From the NCBI RefSeq assembly GCF_018977255.1, contig NW_024704743.1, forward strand, positions 17,734,001-17,798,000: DNA of 64,000 bases, written 5' to 3'. Positions 10,689-23,418 of the stretch are shown here, piece after piece. The notes beneath the pieces are model-generated. The model did not search any database. It saw only the letters and a program-made list of their open reading frames with translations, and was not told where the DNA came from. The translations under genes were made by a program, and so were the position numbers. How positions within the stretch are numbered: the first letter of the stretch is position 1; the number at the start of each line of letters is the position of its first letter. The DNA comes from Callorhinchus milii. Taxonomy: Eukaryota.

Positions 10689-13600
10689 ATCTGATCAGTG
10701 AGTCTGAGCTACTTCAGATTCCCATTGTTCTGCTTGTTTTATAAATGGCAGAGTTATATAGACATCTTTTAATCAACAACTGGACAGTGCATCAACAAGG
10801 TTCTTGAAAGAAAAACTTTACATGCACCTGCTGTCTTCAGAGTAAAGCTATTGCTTTAAGAGGCTACATTGCAAGAACTCATTGTAAGCCTCTGACTTGC
10901 TAATACAGAAGAGACAGTGTATGACAATGAAGAATCAGCATGCATGAGCATCATATAGCACTGAAACAACCGAGAAACGTGGATTGGTTCTGAAGAAAGA
11001 CAAAAACCCCCACTAATTTTCATCATTTGCGACGCTTGTTCCTGCAGAAGAGAAAGATCAAGATGGACCTTTTATTCCCACATAAGATTCAGTCTGATGA
11101 TCTGAGTACACATTCACTGTGCTGAACAAAAACTGCATGCATGAAACCTTTTTTTTAAAATAATAAACTCGATTGCAATATTCTGTAGCGAAAATAACAA
11201 ATGGATGCGTGCAGAGCCAAAAGAGGAATGATTTTACCAACGGCTCCTTAGGATTTAACTGATACAAATAATTTGCATTTGAAACGATACTTGTGAACAA
11301 ATTGTTGCGTGTAAACTGAAGACCAAAATGATCTCTTCTTGATAATATGTTTGATACTTTCTAAACTGCTTGCTCTGAATGTCTTCTAGTGTAAATATCA
11401 ACAGTTTTAACTGTTGTCTGACAAACAACAGCCAATGGATGTTTACCTTGGTAAGTCAGTACAAGTACAGTTCAGTGTCTGACTTCAGATCCGTTTTATT
11501 CTGATTGATTAGACCAGGTGTCTTACAGTAAAGGACCAAATCACTTTTACAACAAAGGTCATAATAATTTACAATATTTTACTGACCTAGAATAGCTGGT
11601 TATGTTACCACAAAAAGTCAAAATTACTGTTGAAAATGTGAGTTATTAGATTAACATGAAATTTGTAAAGTGCACATAGAGCTCTGCATGACTGTGCCTG
11701 TGTCCATTCTACAAGTTGAACTGGTTGTAAGAGCGAAATAAGGTTTGTGAAACCAAAATGGTCAGACAGCCTTTTTAAAACATTCTGGACCTGGGTAATA
11801 GATTGGACTGTACTGTTGCTGTCAGCTTTATAATATCTTGCAGTGTAGGTTTGCATTTAGGTACTGAACATTACATTGTTCAAGTTGTAGACATCAATTA
11901 AACATAACCAAAGTGGTACATCTGTTCAAATTTACATTCTCCACCAAGGCAAAAATGAATGAGTAACTTGATCATACTCTACGTCAGGGAGTTGTGCTTT
12001 TGGTAAGGACAGTAACGAATTCAGCAATGGCTCTCTGAGGTCCAACATCAGTATAGCCGTGCGAGAGCTGGAGTCCATCTCTAAAGCACTGAAGCACTTG
12101 TCATAATGTGGGTTTACACAATGACATGTGGTCTCTCATGGTTTAGCAGGGCAAGTGCTCATTTAAAAAGAATACTTATGTCAACTGAATAGAATGATAA
12201 AATATAAATATTAGAGGACTTCCAATCACCCTCACCTAAAATCCTTAGTAACATCAACATAATACTGCACAAGCTGTCCTTTTTGCTGCAATATGCACTA
12301 TTATTTAATTTTAAATGTTAACGATGGGCTTCAATTTGTTATTGCACTGAACTGTTTTCTTTTAAAACTTGAGTGTTATCAGTGGTCACTCCAGTTTCAA
12401 ACACTGCCTTATTTTTTAATAATAGGGGTTTGTGTGATATATAGTATGGATCAAATACGAACAAAAATATTTACAATCAACTCCTTTATAATGTAGCCTG
12501 TTTATGAGTTTACTTCCTCTATTTACTGAACTAGTTTTAGTTTTTCCGTTACTAGGAATGATTGCGATTCTTCTTTAACTTTGTTTTTTTGTGAAACGTC
12601 ATGGTACAAATGAGGATTTTTCATAACATTTTAATTTGTAATCCCAGGCACCAGGAAAAAAAAAGTTTACAAAATGCAGGATACATTCTATAATTAATCC
12701 AACATAAAAATTTCAGTGACAACCACTTAATGCGCAGGTGACATTCAAAATATCATGTATAAATGTTGAGCTGAGGTCGGTGGTAAAATGAAAATATTGG
12801 GTTCAATTAATGCAGGGGAAAATAGCTCCACAAATTAAGTGTGTTTCATCCCTCATATCTTGGTTTCTTATTGCTTTATCTCCTACTCCTGGAACCTACA
12901 TCTGCATCTGGAACCATTTTCCTCAATATGCTGCTCATCTCCACGTGTCTTCTTTGCTCAGTGATTTGAAGTGACACTTTAAACAGTAACTTCCAAACAT
13001 GGTCTTCATGTTAGGACATCACTGCACCAACAGGCTTTAAACATAAATCTGGAACAAATAGGTTTGAATAAATCCGGTTCCACACATTGAACTGAAAATA
13101 CCTGAATTGATAGGTGACTTTTATTCTGCACAAAACAAAGACCTGGGCAAGTTGTGAAATACAATACAAAATTACCTTTTGGGAGGACAGCCCAAGGCTC
13201 TGGTCTGCAGTGCACTCCCCATCACGTAATGTTTGTTTAAATGTTGGATTCCCAAACCAGAAATGAGTTGAGAAATATTCCATAACTGACCACTGGTATT
13301 CTGACATTTACAGTTACTCTTTTATAAAAAAAAACATTAGGAAAAGGTAGAGGGAGCAGAACAAGCCAAAATAAAGGCATGTGTGAGCTTCAAAATACTA
13401 AAATTTGCTTTCATTTGCAGATTGAGGAGACCTTTCTGTTTGTGCTTTTGGTGACAATGTTTCTTTAAGCGAGTGATGCAAGACTATTTTGCAGAAACAA
13501 CAAAATGTTCCAAATGCTATATTGTTCGGGAGAGTTGGAACTGAACTGCGTTTTACTAATACGAGGTTTTTCTAATCATTTGTAAAACATTTGCTTTAAA

Positions 13601-16240
13601 AGGAATACAAGGTTCTAAGATGAGTTTGTGACCATGAAATAGGCATCACCAGGCATGGGCAGACACGGAACATGTCAGGGGAAAGCCGCAGAGCTGTGAG
13701 TAGAAGAGCAGAGATAGGATTATGGTGGGCTCTTTGTATATGCAATGTGGATCAGGTACTTCAGGATGACCTGGTTAGATGGCCCACCCTGATTCCCTTA
13801 TGAAGCGGGTGGACAGTGGACAGGAATTATGGTCAAGTTGGGGCTGACCGGGTAGCCTTCTGGCTATCACGTGCCATCACTTCCTGCCATTGCACGTGTG
13901 CTAGATGCGGAAAGCACTGTTGATGTCACTTCACAGTGGCACTCTTTACACAGCATTACACATATATAATATGTATTACATGCGTACAATATGCAGAAAG
14001 TAACGTCAGGTGGGGGGGCAACTTGACAGCCCAGAAGTCAGCCCTTTATTGGGGGTTTTAGCCCCAGATCATTGTGAAGTGATTCCCTTCAAATTAAGTA
14101 CAGTCAGTGACGGGGTCAATTGTACATGGTGTGCGAGGGTGGGGCTTGATGGGCCAAATGGCTTTCTCGTGATCCATGTTTGTCAATGTTCTCACCTTTT
14201 CCTATGACAAAGGCACAAGGGATTCAGAAAAATGGTTACTCATCAGAAATTGTCTTTGGTAGTATTCATATATCATTTAAATATAAAATCACGATCCATT
14301 GAGGTTTATTTTTCAGATGAAACATAAGCAGGTCAGCCCCAAATTATTGGCTGCTTCATCCATCATCAGTTTCTTTTGCACTACTCTTGTAAATATCCTG
14401 AGTACTGTATATGTTTTCATCACAAACATTTACGTTTTGAATGTCACATTAATAGAGGCCACTTGAATACAATTGTGTGTGTGTATATATATATTATATT
14501 TTGAAATGAGTGAAAAGTATTGAGTGGTGCCCTATCTCAGTTGAATGTGATTCTGGAGAAGTGCTAATATTCTATTACAGGGTACATTAGAATACAGGGT
14601 AGTATGAGGTGTTTAAAAGCAGGCTTTTCTCTCACTTCTATACTATTTATTGCGATGGCAAAGATAACCTAGACTTGTTGACGTTGCTGCTCTGTGGTTC
14701 GAAGCATCTCTTTCACCCCCTCAACCCCCCGAAAGACAAGTAAGTTTCAAAATGTTGCAGTAAAGAACTGTGAGTAAGGGTAGAGTATTCTCTCAATATT
14801 GCATGTTTTGTGGAGATTTTCCTGAATGGAGCCTTGCTGTTGAGAAGCAGTTAGATTTGCACGGCTGCGGGCAGGACATTGCAGCATAAATCCATTCTGG
14901 ATTCTCACCACAAAGGGTCCTTAATTCTGAACAGCCAAACAAAACATCAAGGGATTGTTTTCAAATGTTACTGAAGAGATGGTCGTGCAAAATCCAACAG
15001 CGGATATTGATGTTCTCCCCATGTGCTTAGCTGTACATGTCCCAAATCATTTTTTTTTAAAAAACAACATCATTGCAATGAAGGAAATGTATAACTCAGA
15101 TTTCTCACTCCACATTTCTTACTGCTGTCTGGAAAGAGATATTGCTTTACTTATGAGAGTATAAACTTGGCAGAATCTGTTTCATCACTTGTATTTTTTT
15201 TACTTTCTACATTACATTCACCAAATAAGCAGGACTTTACATGTAGCTGGAACCAGTGGGTGTTTACATTGTAAAGTTGTTTTTGAATATTCTTAGCTCT
15301 TTTGTTCAGTCCCACTTGGACTTTATTCCCTCATCAGTGAAATCCTTATGTATAGACTAGATCAATGCACTACATTCACCATTTGCTTTCAAACCTGTCC
15401 ACCAGATGTAAACTTGTATTGATCTGCATCTAGTGTCCACACATGCTGTGGGTTTGTATGTATAAGTAGCTAGCTATGTAGATATATATTCCATAATATG
15501 ACACAGAGTACATTTCTGTGAGACAATTAGATATGAGCTGAACGGCTAAAGGTTTCTGTTTCAATAAATGCTTATTACATGAGTGTATTAGAGCTGCGTG
15601 CTAAACTCCCATTTTACCCTCAGTCACCCCTACATTACTCTTTATCCCACCATAATATTGTAAAATATGGTTTGGAATTTATCATGTTATACATCTGCAT
15701 GCCCAAAAAGGTGACCATTGTAACTTCCAACACATCCTTCACCAAAATACATTTTTATAAATGAAATCAGCTTAAAAATCTGTCTTTGGCTGTGGCGCTG
15801 TGAATGCAATTGTAACAGATTGGCTGTATACTTTTTCAATAATGTCGTGAGTGAAAACAGTTGAGGCAACTTTGTATGAAATCATTCCCATCTCCATTTA
15901 TTAATTTTTCAATTGGTTTTACTACCAGTTGGTAATCTTTTGTGAAACCGGAATAGAACATGATTGTAACTCTAACATTGTGCATTACCTCCTAGTTGGT
16001 GGTAATTAGGGCGTGTTGGGCAGAATAGCCTGTTTCTGTGCTGTACAATCTATGTACTTGTCAGGGGTTGGTCTGATGACCTGGAAAAGTTTTAATTTGC
16101 CCAAGGTATTAAGCCTTTATTGACCATGTACATTATCACACTGTTGTATATAATGCAACGTTTAAAATTAATGCCTGTGCTTTTCTGAAATACTATTGTG
16201 ATATATTACCTTAATAAAAACAATTTCAGTGAACCTGGAT
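10689..16240 (+). other. ADAM22: Putative long ADAM22 3'UTR
   Basis: AT-rich and largely free of the SINE/L2 copies abundant elsewhere. AATAAA at 15563-15568 and 16213-16218. The exact end is unknown. Confidence 0.5.
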
Positions 16241-18431
16241 TCCAGCTGTTTATATGTCAATGTGGGTTACAAATTTACATAGTGGCATGTCTGAACGTAT
16301 TATTTAAGTATTCTGTAGTGGGTACAAATTACAATCCACAGGTTGCACCAACTTTCCTGTAAAATACTTGAAGCTCATTGTGATCAAACATATGAGTCAA
16401 AAGTCTTGTAACAAAAATTAGCTGCCGGTGCTTATAGAAATAAGTACTTGTTTCAAATTTCTGCAAATGCTTTCCATCATCACAACCAGGTAAATCACCC
16501 TCTTTTACCGTTACCTAATAAAATGAAAGGTAAATTAGGTAATACAAATTAGCCAATAAAACACTAAACGAGGTGGACTGTTCAGGTGGATGTTAAAAAT
16601 CCATGGCACTATTTGAAAATAGAATGGAGTTTCTCCTGGTGTCCTGGCCAACACTCCCCCAAATAATATTGATCCTTCAGTCCGTGTCCTTACCCGCACA
16701 CGGCTCCGCGCGCCAATCACCCCCATTTTTGTCTGGCTCCATTACCTCTCCATCCCCCGATGGATTGAGTTAAAGATCTCATTCTCATCTTTAAATCCCT
16801 CCCCAATCTTGCCCCACCTATCTCTGCAACTTCCTCAAACTATACCGATCGGCTCACTTTGCTCAGGGGGTACCGACCTGTTTCATCTCTCCTGCCCCAC
16901 CAGCCCCACTATCAAAACTACAGGGGAGCTGCTTCAACTGGACACTGGCTACCCCCCCCCCCCCCCTCCACCCGCCCCTACCCCTGGACACTGGGTAAAT
17001 CAGACAAAACATCCGGCCCCGATTCAGTTGTATTCTTATTAGTTTTAAATATGCCGGTTAATTCAGACAAGAATCTGGTTCCTCCGGACAAAATGCCGCG
17101 CTGGTCACTGCTGAGTCTACTCGCTTGTCTCGAGCGGCTCCGGGTTGGAGATGGGAGGAGTCAAATTGTGATTGATTGACAGTGGACTCCAGCCATTCAC
17201 AAATGGCTCAGGGCTGTCAATCAGTGAGGGGGGGGTGGGCTTGTAGAAACAAGGGAGGTAAATGGGAGGAGTCAAATTGCAATTGATTGACAGTTGGAGC
17301 CACTTGTGAATGGGTGGAGCCCATCCATTCACAAGTAGCTTTGGCCTGTCGATCACCTGAGAGCCGGCGCTAACTGGTCCCCTTCCGTGCAATGGGAACG
17401 GCAATGCCAGGGAGGAGGTGCCATTGCCGCTCCTCTACTGGGCGGGAAGAGGGAAGGAAACTCCGTTTGGCCTCGGACACAGTTTAAGACGGACAAAACG
17501 ACTGGCCCCGATGTGACCGGCTTAAGTGGCTTCCACTCTATCTGCCTCGGCTCTCTGGAACTCCATCCCGACTCTGCTCCCTCACTCACCTCGTTCAAGA
17601 TCTGTCTCAAGACCTACTTCTTTATCTTCAGTATCTTTGCCCTCTTCCCTCAATTCGGGTGTCAACTGTGAAGTGCCTCCCAACGTGAAAGGCACTATAC
17701 AGTACAAACGTAAATTTGTACTGTGTTGTTTGTGGGACATCGTTGGGTGCAAACTGGCTGCCACTTTTACCTACAAACCCAGGCAAATTTTACAATAAAT
17801 CTTGTGAAGCGATTTGAAATGTTTCACGATGTAGTAAGGCTCTATATCAAAGGCAAAGATTATTAATATTACTGTTGGAGTAATATTATGGAAGCAACTG
17901 TTTGAAATTTCATGGTAGCCAAATATTAATTCAATGAGTGTTAAATGTGAGAACTCAAGGACCAGAGGTAACAGCTTCAAAATATTTCTACTATGACAGC
18001 GCACTAATTTTGCAGCTCATTGTTTGAAAATGTATCTATAAACAAATACAAAACCCAAAGCATGAAAAAACGCTACTTTTGGGAGAAAAAAGGCGATTTC
18101 CACGAGACGTACAGAAATGAAATAGACAGACAGCAAAAGTAACCCACAGCCCTATCCACCAAAACATTAATTCATACAGATTTAGGTACAAAGGTGTTCT
18201 AATAAAATAATGCACTTAGTTACTGGCTCGAGCAATTACAAAACACAGACATGTTTTGGGCATTGAAGTTAAGTTTATTACACTGTTGATATAAACATCA
18301 GATATGTATTAAATTAATGATTGCTGAAATATGGTACAAAATATTCTGGGGTTTTAACTAAGCTTTGCCTGATCTTTAATAAAAATGGAAGTTCCTCCTT
18401 TAACCCTTAAAGGTGAATTTGACTTCAACTT

Positions 18432-18643
18432 CTAAATATGCTTCAAAGTGCCTGAACGTAAATTCTGTAATTTCTCAAAATGATATAGTTCATTGTCTAA
18501 GTCAGCTTGCTCATCCAGTGATTTTCGAATGCAGTTTTTCAGTTCTTCAATTCCATGTCCAGTCGATGCAGAAATTGGGATTATTTGTTTAAACTGGACC
18601 ACATTTGTAGGAACCATATCTTCTGGCAGTAAGTGAAGGAAAT
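18432..18643 (-). CDS. GTPBP10: GTPBP10 exon 10 (last coding exon)
   Basis: ttgaacag|AT TTC CTT CAC ... encodes (D)FLHLLPEDMVPTNVVQFKQIIPISASTGHGIEELKNCIRKSLDEQ...HI*, including the G5 ISA motif. Minus-strand AATAAA at 18274-18279. Confidence 0.96.
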
Positions 18644-20692
18644 CTGTTCAAAAATAAATGTCAGAATAAAAGAAGTAGATTTGAGAAAAATATTTCATTT
18701 CTTCACTTGTTAACAATTCCAATCGGAATTTAAATTTTCAAATTCTGAGATGTTCCAATACAATTTAGTAATAACTTGGTTTAACAGATCTTTGTTAAGA
18801 CCTATTAAACAAAGGTCTTAAACCATATCTTTCCAACAAGATATGTTGGAAATCTGGTATTATATACTGACCTTTGAAATACCAGGTTTCCAACATATCA
18901 TTTGAAATGCTATCTTTAATCACTGTACATCTTTAAAGACAATTTTTTTTAAATGATACCTGATAACTGTGTTTTGGATGAAAGCCAAAAGTTTTAAAAA
19001 AATTTCATCTGAATTTCATTTTCAAAAACAATTAACCATTAATTAACCAAATATTTTTTGTACAACTGTTTATTTTATCAGTTCTACAAAAAATATTTGT
19101 AGGAAAGGGATAGGTAATTCGGTCTGTCATGTCATTTTCCTAGATTATGGAAAATCTTTCAATCCCATAGCCCCTTTTCTCCATATATTTTCTATATATT
19201 CTATATATATATCGCATAATATGTATATATTTTCTTTATATAAGGGAGTGACATTTGTGGGACACTGCTGCGCACAAATTGGCTGCCGTGTTTCGCCCAC
19301 AAAATATACAGTCAATTCAGTTTGCAATATATCCTGTGAAGCGCTTTGAGACATCTTGAATACGTGATAAGGTGCTATATCAAATGCAAGGATTATTATT
19401 ATTATTTTATCTAATATCCTTACAATCAACTAACCTCTGTGGAGACTTGTATTGTATGTGCCCAATTTGATTTAAAACCAATCCAGTCTAATTTACTGAG
19501 GAAACTGAGGAAGTCTTGGGCACATAAATCAATGCAATTTGTTAAATATTGAGAAGAACCAAGAACCCAGAGAGATTAAGTGCCTCATCAAGTTTGCTAA
19601 AAATCCATAGGAAGCTTTTCCAATTTAGATGACTGGTTCAATATTTTAACTGAGCTATTAGAAAAACTTTCCGAACGCACTGAGTTAATACATTGATTCC
19701 TTTGAACAGGATGATCGCAAAGTTGATGACAAAAAACAAGTTTTACGCGAGTCACGTTAGCTTGTAATTACTGAGTCAATTTTGCGGCACTGTATATTTA
19801 ATAGATTTCTTAAAAACCTCAGTTGGGGATCCGTCATGGAGTACCAGAATTCCTAATTAAGAAATCATGTTAGAATATCCCATCAGTAACTCCATTGTGG
19901 CAAACAATTCTTTGCACATTCGTCAACAATTTGTATTTATATAGCGCCCTTCATGCAGGACAGCATCTCAGAGCGGTGAGGTTGGATGATGAGCAAGGGA
20001 GGAAGGGGGAGATGACCATAGGCGTATTTGAAGAGGTTGGAATTTAAAGGTGAACAAAGAGAGGGTGAGATGGAGGGACTGAGACAACAAATTCCAGAGT
20101 TTAGAGGCACAGTGGCTTTAGGCACGTGCAGAGGGGTGGAGGGACATGCAGCAGAGCAGGCCTGTGCTAGCTGAGCGAATGGGCCAGGCAGTTGACTAAG
20201 CTACGAGCAGGTCAGTGAAGGCAGGGAGGTGCTAGGGTGGGAAGGGCCTTGTGTGTGAAGCTGAGGATCTTGAGGTTGATATTTACGGAGATGGGGAGCC
20301 AGTGGAGCCTGGCAAGGATTGGGATGATAGCAGTGCGGAGTTTGGTGCAGGCGGCAGGGTTGGATGAACTGGGCCTTGTGGAATCAGGGAGATTAGCAAG
20401 AGTAGCTATTCAGTTGTAAAAGAGATTGAGTACTCAATAAGCGGCAGCTACCTTTAAAGTTGTTTTAAAAATCAGTTGAAGCACTTCTGAAGTTACTGGG
20501 CATACTCGGTTGGTTGCTGTGCATATTGCTTCTGGATATAGCATTGACTAAAATGGAAAAGGGCACTTTTTATATTTTTGATGATCAAGATCATTGATGA
20601 TTATAGATTGTTCAGTTTGCAGATTGAATGATTAAACACTCATCTTAATGGAAACTAAAATAGTGTTTTGTTGCATTTGATGCTCTAATTAC

Positions 20693-20816
20693 CTTGAGGC
20701 GCCTGTAACTGATTTATCAGCTCGTTCAACTTTTCTTCAGTGTTCTGTAAATCCATCTTGTTTACAGCTAGCAGTGCGGGTTTTGATAAAAGCTCTTCTT
20801 TATATAGTTCCAGCTC
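20693..20816 (-). CDS. GTPBP10: GTPBP10 exon 9
   Basis: [41 protein letters not shown] with the G4 NKMD motif. AG/GT flanks, 124 nt. Confidence 0.96.
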
Positions 20817-20847
20817 CTAAATACAAAAGTAAAGCACCATTGTCAGT

Positions 20848-21163
20848 AATAAATAAATAATCCTTGCATTTGATATTGCGCTTTTCACGTCTTCTAGACG
20901 TCCCAAAGCGCTTCACAGAATATACTGTAAAGTAAATTGACTATATTTGAGGGCGAATGCGGCAGCCAATTGCGCACAGCAGTGTCCCACAAACAGTCAT
21001 GGATTGAAAATGACCAATTTATTATTGTTTTTTTTTGGAGGGATTATTATTAGGCTCTGTGTGGAGTAAGGAAACTTGCCCAAGGTTTCGCCCTCTGCCT
21101 GGAATTGAACTCAGGTCTCTCGTTTGCAAAGTAAGTGCTCTAACCACTGAGCTACAGGACTCC
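20848..21163 (-). mobile_element. tRNA-derived SINE
   Basis: Reverse complement of the same family (aataatccttgcatttgatat ... gctacaggactcc). Confidence 0.9.
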
Positions 21164-21722
21164 ACGGAGCTAAAGGGTGTAAGTAGGAATGGAAATTTAG
21201 TTGGTGACCCTCCACCATAAGTTGGTGCCCACCCAAATTTCCATTCGTAGCTATGCCACTGATTTATACTACAATCTAAGTTGAAAGTCTGAACACATTA
21301 AACTGGAACAGCCAATGGCAGGCCATAGATGTTTGCCTCCAAAGAGGAGAAATTGTGACTTCTGTGGAAAGTGCCAAGCTGAGGGCACTTCCCCATACCT
21401 GGAGAAGATAAAGCAGATGTTCACGAAAAAAGTTGTAGATTTGTTGAAAAGCAATAGATTTTTAACAGTATAGATTTTAACCTGGATCAGTGCCCCCACC
21501 CCCCTTCTCCATAAAGCCTCTTAGAAGCAAAAAGCAGATTTTCTGCAGCATATATTTCAAGCATTTGTGTGACTAAAATCTTCATGATTAATGACAAATG
21601 TAGCAGAATTCTTTACTGAAATGTACCCAAAACCATGTGATTATATTTTTCATATGGACTTTTGCTAGAGCATGATCTTTGAAATCCTTATTGCCACCCT
21701 TTGCTATTGAAATATCCTTTCT

Positions 21723-23104
21723 ATCCTTTCACCAACCTGCCCTTCCTCGCAAAAGTCCTAGAACGCGTTGTTGCCAATCAACTTCACACACACTTCTCCT
21801 CCCACTCCCTCTTCGAACCCCTCCAGTCTGGTTTCCGCCCACAGTACAGAGACTGCGCTTGTGAAAGTCACAAACGACATCCTCTCTATCTGTGACCAGG
21901 GCTCCCTCTGCCTCTTTGTCCTCCTGGACCTCTCCGCGGCGTTCGACAGATGTCGATCACGCTATCCTCCTCCACCGCCTTTCCTCCGTCATCCACCTCA
22001 GTGGGACCGCACTCGCCTGGTTCGAGTCCTACCTCACAAACCGCCAGCAGTACATCTGCACAAACGGCTTCTCCTCCCGCTCTTACCCGGTCACCTGTGG
22101 GGTACCCCAAGGATCCATCCTCTTTCTGATCTATATGCTCCCTCTCGGGGATGTCATCGCAGACATGGGGTACATTTCCACATGTACGCGGACGACGCCC
22201 AACTCTATTTGTCCACCTCTCTTTGCGACCCCCAGTCCCCTGATGTTCTGTCAGCCTGCCTGTCAGATCTCAGGGGCTGGATGAGCACAAATTTCCTTCA
22301 GCTGAACGTTGACAAGACAGAAGCCATATTCTTTGGCTCTCGTCAACGTCTAAAATCTCACGGTTCTCACCTCCTCCACCTACCCGACCTCCTAAAACTC
22401 TCTAAACCCATACGCAACCTAGGCGCAGGTTCGAGCTCCAATTATCCTTCCTCCCCCACATCCGGTCCCTCACCAGCACCGCCTTCTTCCACCTCCGACG
22501 CATCACCCGTCTCCACCAATATTTCTCTCCAAAAGCCGCTAAAATCCTAGTTCATGCCTTTGTCACATCTCGGCTGGACTATTCTAACGCCCTCCTCGCA
22601 GGTCTCCCATCCACTAACATCCATAAAATCCAGATCATTCAAAACTCTGCCGCCCGCATTCTCACCCTCACCAAACTCCGCTCCCCGATCACCCCAGTCC
22701 TTGCCAGACTGCACCGGCTGCCTGTCCCAGAGAGGATCAACTTCAAGATCATCAAATCCCTCTACTCCTCTGCACCCCCCTAGCTCTCTGACCTCTCTCC
22801 TCAAAACAGTACCCATTGCTTTTGTTCCTCTGGGTCTGGCCTCTTCCTCGTTCCCCGAGTCCTCCGCTCCACCCTCGGCGGCCGTGCCTTCAGCCACTAT
22901 GCCCCGAGGCGCTGGAATCCCTTCACTCCCTTCGTCTCGCTTCCTCTCTTCCTACTTTCAGGTCTCTGCTGAAGACCTTTCTCTTCAACTGTGTCTTTGG
23001 TCACCTTCCTCCCCCTCCCCCTGACTCAGCGCCGGGATCCGTTACTGTAAAACACTCTGAGACGCCATCAGGTGTGGAGGGCGCTATATAAATCCAAGTT
23101 GTTG
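21723..23104 (+). mobile_element. 5'-truncated L2-clade LINE with 16-bp target-site duplication
   Basis: Frameshifted RT remnants (QSGFR, LLDLSAAFD, GVPQGS, YADDAQLY). Tail gcgctatataaatccaa(gtt)n. TTGAAATATCCTTTCT at both 21707-21722 and 23105-23120. Confidence 0.93.
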
Positions 23105-23120
23105 TTGAAATATCCTTTCT

Positions 23121-23250
23121 GACCTGAAACTGAAACAGGTCATCAACCTGAAATGTTACTCACTTTGATCTCTCCATAGATGCTGCCTGACCTGCTGAGT
23201 GTTCCCAGCGACTTCTGTTTTTATTTCAGATTTCCAGCATCTGCAGTACT
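23121..23250 (+). mobile_element. Penelope-like element terminal fragment
   Basis: cctgaaatgtt...ctctccatagatgctgcctgacctgctgagt...gatttccagcatctgcagt resembles a common chondrichthyan Penelope-like repeat, as recalled. Confidence 0.55.
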
Positions 23251-23340
23251 TCTAACCATACTGTCCTTTCACATTTATTGGATTTATTTTGTTCTTAAGG
23301 AATTTAAGGAAGGCTACCTAGGATCAGAAGTTTGGCTTAC

Positions 23341-23418
23341 CTTTGTTAACAACTGCACAGCTTCAAAGGCACTTCTGTAAGGTAATTTGCTTGAAAGCTG
23401 GAATCCAGCCGCATCCAC
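23341..23418 (-). CDS. GTPBP10: GTPBP10 exon 8
   Basis: VDAAGFQLSSKLPYRSAFEAVQLLTK. AG/GT flanks, 78 nt. Confidence 0.95.

Noticed and set aside
1..18400. CLDN12, expected downstream of GTPBP10 from the human gene order
   Set aside because: No claudin-like ORF of about 240 aa is present; ADAM22 occupies this side instead.
21768..23091. 260-aa and neighbouring ORFs as host genes (also 31860-32636, 59509-60710, 62675-63951)
   Set aside because: Frameshifted reverse-transcriptase remnants of L2 and CR1.
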